Origin: Desulfococcus sp. 4484_241
GTDB lineage: Bacteria > Desulfobacterota > Desulfobacteria > Desulfobacterales > Desulfosudaceae
DNA length: 64,000 bases
Direction of reading: 5' to 3'
Assembly (NCBI GenBank): GCA_002085115.1
Contig: MZGQ01000005.1
Span: 1,818-65,817 of the forward strand
Numbering within the stretch: the first letter of the stretch is position 1; each line of letters opens with the position of its first letter. The position numbers were made by a program, and so were the translations under genes. Below the pieces are notes generated by a model, which saw only the letters and a program-made list of their open reading frames with translations, did no database searches and was not told where the DNA came from. Shown here in pieces: positions 9,391 to 17,570 of the stretch.

Positions 9391-11920
9391 GTGGGATACT
9401 CTGGCAATCACCTCGTTTTGCAGCTCCTTGCCGATTGCCGTGAAATAGGCATTATAACCGGTTATCCGCACCAGAAGGTTCCTGTAGTTTTGCGGATGAT
9501 GCTGCGCATCAATCAGCATGTCGGCATCCAGCATGTTTATCTGCAGGCAGGTGCCACCGTTTTTCCCGTAACCGCGCAGGAACGCCTTGAACTTGTCCTT
9601 GTGTTCCGGGTCCTTTATGATTGACGGGTTGAAGGTGATGGTGTGCGAGGCACCGTTTGGCAGGTTGTTTAAGTAATCTTCCCAGTCACCGTTGCCATCC
9701 TTTGCCTTGCCACCCAGGGCCTTGCCAACGGAATTGGCGTTTGCCGTGGGGCCGTTGGTGTCTGCTCCGTTGGACGGACAGATGGCGTTTGACAGGAATT
9801 GCCCTTTTTTTCGTCCATCGGCACTGGCCGCCATGATAAACCCGTCGCCGGCCCAATAGTTCCAGCTAAGCATTCCGGGCCGGAACTGACGGCCAGTGGA
9901 CCGGGTTTTATACTTCCAGGTCTCTTCGGTCCACAGTTCCATCACCCTGTACGCCATTTCGTCGGCTGCATCGTCATCCCGTCCATACTTGGGCGCCTTG
10001 TTTTTTGCCAAAGCCTGGAGCACCTCGTACCCCTCCCAGTTGGCCCTGAGTGCTTCTATGAGCTGCGCCATGGTACACTTCTTTTCGTCAAACACGAGGT
10101 ACTTGATGGCAAGCAGGGAATCCACGGTTGTGGCAAACGTGACCCCCTCCAGGGTTGTAAAGCTGATCTCGGCGCCGCCCTGGGTGATATCCAGACCCTT
10201 TTCCGCACATCCCTTTACCAGGCATGACAAATAAGGGGTTGGCAGGAATCTTGCCCGAACCGACTCGGACATTTCGTACAGGTCAACGCATTTTTTAACT
10301 ATGTATCTTGTCTGGGTTGCGTAGGCTTCCCAGAACCGGTCCCAGGAGGTAAATTTTGTCGCATCCCCGGTATTTGGTCCGTCCTGGCGGATCTTTTCGG
10401 CCTTGCCGGTCAGGGGGTCCACGAACGGGACCAGGTCCCTGCCTCCGGTGAGTGCCAGTTCAACGGCTTTGAGCAGGTTGAGGTTGTTGTCCACCGTACC
10501 GGACCGGTCGTTGCCCACCATGGTGTTCTCCAGGCATCCGACCGGCGCATACTCATGCACGTTATCCTTGTTTATAAGATGGGTGATACCGGCCTTGCGC
10601 GCTTCTCTCAGCATGCCGGCCATGGACCGTTCATCAAAGTCCAGCAGGAAAGGAGCGCCCTGGCTGCCTGAGATCATATCTATCAGCCTGTCCAAAAGCT
10701 TATCCGGGGAGTTCCTGTGCAGCCGGACGTTTGGTTTTGGTTCGAGTATGGGGCTCATCTCGTCTATCACTTCAAGGATGGCATGGGTCAGGTCATTGGT
10801 CAGGTCGATCCCGCCCTTGCCCATGCCGGACAGGGTGATGAGCTGGCCGAACCCTGATGTGATCCCCTGGTTGCCGTTTCTGATCATTGAATCGTAAGCG
10901 GTATTGCAATGGATCCAGAAACATTTCAGGATCTCCTTTCCAAAATCCCGGTCCATCCCGTTTTTCAGCGAAGACTCCCAGTAGGGATACAGGTACTGGT
11001 CGATGCGGCCAAAAGACACGCCAGGGCCCGGATAGCCCTCGTCGCTCATGATAAGCATGTGATTGATCCAGAGTGCCTGGACCGCCTCCCAAAAGGTTTG
11101 TGGCGGATTCCAGGGAACCCGTTCCAGGTTGGCTGCCATCTGTTTCAGCTCGGCCTTTCTGTCGGAGTCGGTCTCCTTTGCCGCCAGCTCCTTGCAAACC
11201 TTTGCATATCCTGACGCCCTTGCAAACCTTTGCATATCCTGACGCCAACTCACGCGGCATACCGGCCGCTGTCATCATTGCCCGGAGCTGTGCGCCCCTG
11301 GGCCCCTGGCGGTCGTTGGGCGGCAATCCCCGGTACATTGCCTCAAGCTCCTGGCAGATCCCCTTCCAGCCGATGGAAAGCACTCTCTCATGGCCGGGTA
11401 TGATGTGACCGCACGTGGCGCCGCTGTTGCCGTATCCATGGTTATGGAACCGGATTACCGCGGCTCGGGCCCCGTTTTTTCCAGTGGTAAGAGCGTCAAA
11501 CTCCTTTTGTTCCTTTTCGGTAAGACACATGGAGGCAACGATGTTGAACCGGCCGCCGGCGATCAGGTCGCCCGGCAATATCTCCTTTGGCAGGTATTTT
11601 GTCATGACCTGTCGGACAAACCAGGCCCGCCGCTCCACCAGCGGCCACGACCAGAACTCGTCAGGCAGACTGACCGGCCTTGCAGCCTGCCGGTAGGAAC
11701 TGCGCATGGTCTGCATCAGCATGTAGGTTTCAGGGACGATGTAAAATGTCATCTCGTTAAACTGAACATCCCAGGGCGTGCCAGTGGTCCAGGCTGTGGT
11801 TTCGTTATTCCAGGCCCGCCGGGTTCCTTTGAAATAGTAATCCCGCAGCCTTGTGATGCGCCTGGAAAGTCCCTTTGGCTCCTTGATCTGATGTTGCTTT
11901 TTTTTTGCAGCCATATTCAT
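9391..11920 (-). pseudogene. PFL2/glycerol-dehydratase-family glycyl radical enzyme, frameshifted by a 28-bp tandem duplication at 11191-11246
   Basis: The N-terminal fragment (ORF 10793..11920) is meaningful only down to about 11247. The C-terminal fragment (ORF 8413..11253) carries the thiyl loop APVGCLENTM and the glycine-radical motif LVRITGYNAYF. Removing one 28-bp copy joins ...ASGYAKVCK to ELAAKETDSDRK... in a single frame. Confidence 0.85.
11191..11246. repeat. Perfect 2 x 28-bp tandem duplication (CTTGCAAACCTTTGCATATCCTGACGCC)
   Basis: Copies at 11191-11218 and 11219-11246 are identical. The length is not divisible by 3. Confidence 0.95.
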
Positions 11921-11937
11921 GATCAGCCTCCCTTGGT

Positions 11938-12660
11938 TTATCCGGATGTTATTTTTTTCAATCGTTTTTCCCCGTGCTTTAGCATCCGCAGCATTGTGTC
12001 CGCCGCGGCCTGTTCGTTGCGGTGGGATATTGCGTCCGCCAGGTCTTTGTGAAAACCGAAAACCACCGGCACCACGGATTCGTCCTGGAAAAATTTTTGT
12101 GTAAGGTTTGTATATACCGGCTTGAAGGAGTTCAGAAGCAGCGGGTAGAGGAGATTGCCGGTTGCAATGGCTATGATGAGATGAAATTCAAAATCAAGGC
12201 CGGTGATGGTTTCGATATCGGTAAGATCGGATTCTGCCTCCTGCCGGACAACTGCCTTTAGTTCATCAACCTGGGATTCGGTGCGGTTCTTTGCCGCGAG
12301 CCGGGCGTTTTCCACCTCCATCAACAGGCGCATATTCAGCATCCCCTCAAGCAGACCGGGATCAAGTTTGCCGTTGTGGTACTCGAGCAGGGAAATCAAC
12401 AAAGCGATCGATCCCTGGCGGCGGAAATCATTGACAACCGTGCCGATCCTCGGGGTCATGGAGACAAGCCCCTTGGCTGCAAGATCCACAAGCGCCTCGT
12501 GCACCACCGGACGGCTGACGCCAAGTCTTTTGGCCAGTTCCCGTTCCGGGGGCAGCTTTTCCCCAACGGACAAAGAGCCGGACAGGATCAATTCCTCAAA
12601 CCGTTTTATGCAAACATCTTTCAAACTGTTGTTTCTGATGGGTTCCAAACCGTCCAACAT
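11938..12660 (-). CDS. GntR-family transcriptional regulator with FadR-type (FCD) C-terminal domain
   Basis: Winged-helix segment LPPERELAKRLGVSRPVVHEALVDLAAKGLV followed by an all-helical C-terminal domain. The ATG at 12660 (MLDGLEP) lies 9 nt after AGGA. The stop is 17 nt upstream of the GRE start. Confidence 0.85.
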   Translation of the reverse strand: MLDGLEPIRNNSLKDVCIKRFEELILSGSLSVGEKLPPERELAKRLGVSRPVVHEALVDLAAKGLVSMTPRIGTVVNDFRRQGSIALLISLLEYHNGKLDPGLLEGMLNMRLLMEVENARLAAKNRTESQVDELKAVVRQEAESDLTDIETITGLDFEFHLIIAIATGNLLYPLLLNSFKPVYTNLTQKFFQDESVVPVVFGFHKDLADAISHRNEQAAADTMLRMLKHGEKRLKKITSG

Positions 12661-12683
12661 GGCACACATCCTTTCATTGGCTG

Positions 12684-12696
12684 GTGGTATTACCAC
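12684..12696. promoter_or_regulatory. Candidate GntR-type operator palindrome GTGGTA-T-TACCAC
   Basis: Perfect 6+1+6 palindrome of the GT-N-AC type, 24-36 nt upstream of the gntR ATG. Confidence 0.4.
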
Positions 12697-13126
12697 ATTA
12701 AACAACAATAAACATCTTTGCAAGCTTATTTTGATTTTCAGCCCGCATGTCCCGGCCGGGCATCGGGCAAAGAGCTTGAGATCGGTGGGTCAAACCGGCA
12801 CTACGACGGTTTATCAAAAATGGATTAGTTACCCAAAACGGCAAATCTTGTCCACATCTCTTCGCCGGGTTCTCTTTATCTGCAAGAACTTGTCGGCATG
12901 GCTGAACAACCCGTTTGTTGAACTGGACAAACAGTTAATATCTTTTTGGCAAAAAGGCAAAAAAGCCGCACACGGCCGAACAGATCCCGGCCAGCCGGTG
13001 TCCGGCATACATCGCCTTTTGACAAAGGAAAGCCCGGGGAGCGAAAATGCAGCGTTGTCCAGGACAAGTTCATCCTGCCCACCTGCAGATTCACACCACC
13101 CCCAAGACCACACACAGACCGGGCCC

Positions 13127-13615
13127 TTATTCTGCCTGGACTCCTGCCGGTTCGCTCTTTTGTTTCGGTTCGGCAGAGGCTTTATTGCCGGTCGGGGAAG
13201 AGCTTTTTTCAAGTTTTTCTATTGCCCCGAGCGCATCCTTGTTAAGACTGCTTTGCGGGTATGTTTTTACAAAGTTTTTAAAAGCCTCAAGCGCCTGGTC
13301 GTTTTGGCCGGATGATGCCAGAGATACGGCATTTTTAAAATCGGCAAGCTCGTTCTCAGAAATTTGTTGGGACGATGCCGCCTCTTTTGCCTCTGATTGC
13401 CCCCCCTTCCAGTAGAGAGAGTCAGATCCCTTGTCCGATTTGGCACCCCTTACCCCCATTACAGACGTGTAGGTTTTGTGGCTGGTCCTGTGGGATGCAA
13501 GATTGTTTATCTTTTTTAAAAGATTTTCCCAGAAACCGTTGCCGCCGGCCAGGACCGGCCCCGTGGCCAGCGCGATAACAAGCAGCATGGCAGGCACAAT
13601 TTTGGATAATCTCAT
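13127..13615 (-). CDS. Small secreted protein with a YbgF/TPR-like C-terminal helix pair
   Basis: ATG at 13615 preceded by GGAGGG. Signal peptide MRLSKIVPAMLLVIALATGPVLA. ...QALEAFKNFVKTYPQSSLNKDALGAIEKL. It starts 15 nt after the stop of the NHL gene. Confidence 0.55.
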   Translation of the reverse strand: MRLSKIVPAMLLVIALATGPVLAGGNGFWENLLKKINNLASHRTSHKTYTSVMGVRGAKSDKGSDSLYWKGGQSEAKEAASSQQISENELADFKNAVSLASSGQNDQALEAFKNFVKTYPQSSLNKDALGAIEKLEKSSSPTGNKASAEPKQKSEPAGVQAE

Positions 13616-13629
13616 GATCCCTCCTTGTT

Positions 13630-16600
13630 CTACTTGGTTCCTATAAGTTTCATCCACAGACCCCTGTAATCCTTTACTATGTCAGGATATATACTGCATG
13701 CTTTGTCAAACGTCTTTTTGGCTTCAGCCTTTTGCCCTGTTTTGATCAATGTCCTTGCAAGGTTGACAAGTACCAGCGGGTCGCCGGGATCCAGGGAAGC
13801 CGCCTTTTTATAGGCTTCCACAGCTTTGTCATACTTTCCTTCAACAAACCGGATGTTGCCTATGTTGTTAAAAGCAGCGGCATTGTCCGGTGCGTTTTCA
13901 AGCGATGCTTCAAACATTGCCATTGCCTCGTCAAGTACGCCGTATTTTGCATAGGCTATACCCAGCTGCAGGCAGGTCTCGCTGTCTTTTGGGTCTTTTT
14001 GCAACCGTTCGAACAGGTTACGGTTTTTAATTTTTACGCTTGTTTTGCATATCACTGCAAACTCGTTGTCAAACCGCTTGTCGATAATTTGCCGTTGTAC
14101 CGGCTGCATCCTGAATGATGATACCGGCAGGTTAGCCGGTTTGTATGCCTGCCATGCATCATGAAGGTCGACAGTTGCCAGCTCGTCTGGCCTGCATGTG
14201 TAGTAGTTCCTGCTTCCGGCCTCCCAGGCATCAGAAAACGATTTTCCCACTCTTGTAACTTCCACCGGGACCCATACCCGCCCATCTTCTATAACAAGCA
14301 GTTCGTTCATGCTGTCGTCACCAAGATCACGGGTGTCTCCAAGTTCGAACATAATAAATATATGCCCCGGCACCTCAACAAAGCGGGTCTGGATCCCCAC
14401 GCTTTCAAGACACGCGGAATACAGGATCGACAGGTCGTCACAGTCACCGGACTTGCGTTTCAGGGTTTCCCTCGGATACTGGAGGTAATCCACCAGATCT
14501 ACATTCTCTTTTCTCTTCTGGTAAGAGTTGGACGGATCCCTGGTATAACGGACACCGGCCGTTCCAAGGGCGTCGTGCACCAGGCATGCGCAGATAAGCG
14601 GATCGGAAGTGTGGTCGTACTGGGTTATTATGCCCCGGACAAACTCCATTACAACAGGGTCCTTGGTTGTTACGAATGCGCCAAGGCGGTTGGGATCGTC
14701 CCATGTCATCTTGTGCTTTTCGTAAACGTTTATGCTCTGCTTGGTGGCAAAGCTCTTTAATTCGCCGTTGACGTAGTAAGATGCGGTTATCTGTGTCTGC
14801 ACAGGAGTGTCTTCCGTAACATCCAGTATCTTGTTGTTGAATACGGCCTTAAGAGGGATTTCAACACTCCTGCCGGGACCAAGGTCGGTTATGGATGTTT
14901 CGGAGGCAAAATCCATGAAGTTTTTTATGGTGAACTGGACGTTTAGTCTCGATATGTTGTTGGGTGTGTTGTTCCTGACACGAATCTTTCCGATACCGTT
15001 TTCCTCGTATGTCTTGTAAGTATTTGAGAAGATATCGGAAAGTTCCAGCACCTCTATTTCAACAGGGGGACGGGTGGAAACAAGAGTCGTGACGGTGACC
15101 GAGGCCGGCTCACTTAACGAGCCGTCCCTGCCAACCGAGGCTACCTCATAAACATACCCGGTTTCCGGCGCCAGCCCTGTGTCTACGAACGAAGTCTCAG
15201 ACACCCTGGCTATCTCCTGTTTGTCCCTGTAAATGACATAGGCTGTAACATACGGTGATGGATCAGGCTGCCATGAGAGCTCGACAGAAAGATCGTCAGG
15301 AGACGCTACCAGACCTGCAGGTGGAGCGAGCACCAGTTTTTGGGCAGATGCCGTGCATTTTTCTGATATTGCGCTTTCGTTACCGGATGATACAAGGGCG
15401 GTAACCGCGTATATGTAGGTGATCCCGGGCTCCACGGATTCGTCCCTGTAAACTGTTTCTTTTGTCTTTGCTATCAGTTCAGAACCGGTACCGCCTTCCT
15501 TTGGCGCCCTGTATATGGCATAACCGTCTACAAGAGGGTTGGCGGCACTGTCCCATTTTAACGTAACACAACCCGGTTCGCCCTCGGCAGTAACATTGTC
15601 GGGAGGGGGCGGTGTATATATGACTTCAAATTCCTGTATGCGGTTGTTGCCGCAATCTGTAACCATAAACCTGTTTATCCCGGTGGCGGCTATGGATGAA
15701 GGCTCGTCAAGGTCGCCAGGCTCCGTTCCCTGTGTGGAAAATGTTGCCACCTGTTTTCCATCTGTCTGGAACATCTTGATGCTGTTTCTTTTTTTATCCA
15801 GCACATACAGGTTTTCTCCTGCAACCGCCAGGTCGACAGGTTTCCCATCCGGATCGCCAATATTAAAACTTTTTATTGCCGAGCCGTTTGAATCGAAAAT
15901 CGAAATCGAGTTATTCCCTGAATCCAGCAGGCAGAGCATGTTTTTGCTGTTGACCGCCAAAGCCGCCGGATCGGATATCGGGGTTTTACCGTCTATAGTC
16001 GCTATTTTCCTGATGAACACCCCGTCCGTGTTGTAAACATTTACGGCTTTTTTCTTTCTGTCCGTAACATAGACGGCGCCGTCCCGTGATATGGCAATGT
16101 CGTTTGGCCTCGATGATGATGACCATGAACTTTTCTCCCGCGATCCGCCAAAAGCATAAGCTGTTCGCCCGTCAGGAAGGATCTTGGTTATGCGTTGGCC
16201 TGAAAGCAGGTACATACCACCCGAACCGTCAAAGGCCACTGCCTCTGCAGGCCTGGCTTCTTCATCTGTTATTGTTCGAATCATGCGGCCGTTTTCAAGC
16301 ATGCATACTTCCCCGGTTTTTTTATCTATGGCAAATATGGTGCCGTCATCCTTCAAAGCAAGGCCGGACAGTTTCATCCCAGGGTCTGTGCCGATAATTT
16401 TTGTCCACATAGCTGAAGTGGGCGGTGGCGCAGGAGGTCCGAACAACCTGGAGTTGTCCGACTCGGGCTTGAAAATCTGTATTAGGTTCCTCTCCGGGTC
16501 CGATACCATGATCCTGCCGTCATAGGTCCTGTATAAACAGGAAATGTCAAGAAATTGTGCCCGGCCCTCACCTTTTACGCCAAAGGACAGAATCTCCTTG

Positions 16601-17331
16601 AAATCGAACGTGTATTTTTTTATGGACAGCTCTTTGCTGTCCGCTATAAAAACTCCTTCTTCATCCACGCATATCGGTCCTGCGTTTGATACCGGGGCAC
16701 TGTTTAAGAAAGTCCCCTCGGGTGAGTACACCTTTACCTTGCCATTGTCCGATACGGCATATATACGTCCCTCGTGGTCTATGGCCAGGAAAACCGGGTC
16801 GTCGATTCTTTGCGCAACATCGTCAAACCGGCCTATTTCCTTAAGGAATACCCCGTTTTGTCCGAGGACCTGGATCCGGTCGTTGCCGGTGTCCGCCACG
16901 TATATTACGCCATCGCGGACAACCACGCAGGATGGATCGTCAAACTCCTTGGGGTCGTCCCCCCCGCTCCCATAGCTTTCGACAAACTCGCCGGTCTTGG
17001 TGAACACCTCTATCCTGTCAAGCCCCTTGTCGGCAACATAGAGCCTGTCACCGTAAATTGCGACCGATGCAGGGTTTTTCAGGATATCTTTCCATTTTTT
17101 ATCTTCGCCGCCTATCTGTATCCCGGAACCTTCCACCTGGTTTGTTATCGTTACTATTCCGGACCAGTGCCCTGTTTTTTGTGCCGCATAAACTGTTTCG
17201 TCATGGTCAACAGCTATGGATACCGGCCTGTCAACAGGCAGTTCGCCAAGGTAGTTGACCCGGTGAAAGGCAAACGAGGGACAGGACAAAAACAGTACAA
17301 GAAAGAAAAGCAACAACACAAAATTTCGCAT
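13630..17331 (-). CDS. Large secreted multidomain protein: NHL-repeat beta-propellers, 2 x fibronectin type III, transglutaminase-like cysteine-protease core, C-terminal TPR repeats
   Basis: ATG at 17331 preceded by GGAGG. Signal peptide MRNFVLLLFFLVLFLSCPSFA. Many NHL-like blades (YVADxGNxRIQVF-type). Two FN3 units (about 15070-15615). Transglutaminase core KSGDCDDLSILYSACLESVGIQTRFVEVPGHIF...WVPVEVT (about 14230-14450). TPR repeats (about 13633-14000). Confidence 0.8.
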   Translation of the reverse strand: MRNFVLLLFFLVLFLSCPSFAFHRVNYLGELPVDRPVSIAVDHDETVYAAQKTGHWSGIVTITNQVEGSGIQIGGEDKKWKDILKNPASVAIYGDRLYVADKGLDRIEVFTKTGEFVESYGSGGDDPKEFDDPSCVVVRDGVIYVADTGNDRIQVLGQNGVFLKEIGRFDDVAQRIDDPVFLAIDHEGRIYAVSDNGKVKVYSPEGTFLNSAPVSNAGPICVDEEGVFIADSKELSIKKYTFDFKEILSFGVKGEGRAQFLDISCLYRTYDGRIMVSDPERNLIQIFKPESDNSRLFGPPAPPPTSAMWTKIIGTDPGMKLSGLALKDDGTIFAIDKKTGEVCMLENGRMIRTITDEEARPAEAVAFDGSGGMYLLSGQRITKILPDGRTAYAFGGSREKSSWSSSSRPNDIAISRDGAVYVTDRKKKAVNVYNTDGVFIRKIATIDGKTPISDPAALAVNSKNMLCLLDSGNNSISIFDSNGSAIKSFNIGDPDGKPVDLAVAGENLYVLDKKRNSIKMFQTDGKQVATFSTQGTEPGDLDEPSSIAATGINRFMVTDCGNNRIQEFEVIYTPPPPDNVTAEGEPGCVTLKWDSAANPLVDGYAIYRAPKEGGTGSELIAKTKETVYRDESVEPGITYIYAVTALVSSGNESAISEKCTASAQKLVLAPPAGLVASPDDLSVELSWQPDPSPYVTAYVIYRDKQEIARVSETSFVDTGLAPETGYVYEVASVGRDGSLSEPASVTVTTLVSTRPPVEIEVLELSDIFSNTYKTYEENGIGKIRVRNNTPNNISRLNVQFTIKNFMDFASETSITDLGPGRSVEIPLKAVFNNKILDVTEDTPVQTQITASYYVNGELKSFATKQSINVYEKHKMTWDDPNRLGAFVTTKDPVVMEFVRGIITQYDHTSDPLICACLVHDALGTAGVRYTRDPSNSYQKRKENVDLVDYLQYPRETLKRKSGDCDDLSILYSACLESVGIQTRFVEVPGHIFIMFELGDTRDLGDDSMNELLVIEDGRVWVPVEVTRVGKSFSDAWEAGSRNYYTCRPDELATVDLHDAWQAYKPANLPVSSFRMQPVQRQIIDKRFDNEFAVICKTSVKIKNRNLFERLQKDPKDSETCLQLGIAYAKYGVLDEAMAMFEASLENAPDNAAAFNNIGNIRFVEGKYDKAVEAYKKAASLDPGDPLVLVNLARTLIKTGQKAEAKKTFDKACSIYPDIVKDYRGLWMKLIGTK

Positions 17332-17402
17332 AAAACCTCCAATGCGCACAGATGTAATCCCAGGCGTAACGGGGGCATGCCCCTGATGCTCGGCTGCCGC
17401 AA

Positions 17403-17463
17403 AATATTCATCCTTAAGTAATATATCACAGTATATATTAATATTCATCTGCAATTTATTCAA
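17403..17463 (-). promoter_or_regulatory. Candidate sigma70-type promoter (TTGAAT-N17-TAATAT) overlapped by an AT-rich palindrome and flanked by 10-bp direct repeats
   Basis: On the minus strand, -35 is at 17458-17463 and -10 at 17435-17440. Palindrome TAATATAT-N6-ATATATTA lies at 17419-17440. Direct repeats AATATTCATC lie at 17403-17412 and 17440-17449. The region is about 100 nt upstream of the NHL gene ATG. Confidence 0.35.
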
Positions 17464-17570
17464 CAGGTGCTGATGAACTGTTGAGGCTGTTTTTGTTTAA
17501 TAAGGTGCCGGGTGTGTGGACGCAGTCTTTGAAGTCTTGAGCTTCAATGTACGGCATGCCAGACAGCTGC

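Noticed and set aside
10793-11190. The 3' part of ORF 10793..11920 (GVRICKGLQGAGGKGDRLRQKGRAETDG...), which the ORF track shows as coding.
   Set aside because: This is the out-of-frame read-on after the 28-bp duplication. It overlaps the true GRE frame (ORF 8413..11253) and has Arg/Gly/Pro-rich nonsense composition.
12203-13315. Long plus-strand ORFs antisense to real genes: 12203..13315 (370 aa), 48958..49917 (319 aa), 47371..48150 (259 aa), 38714..39439 (241 aa, minus strand), 30533..31288 (251 aa, minus strand) and similar.
   Set aside because: All lie fully opposite genes with strong family signatures (gntR, murB, ftsA, the oxidoreductase, selA). They have Ser/Pro/Arg/Thr-rich low-complexity translations typical of antisense frames and lack ribosome-binding sites.
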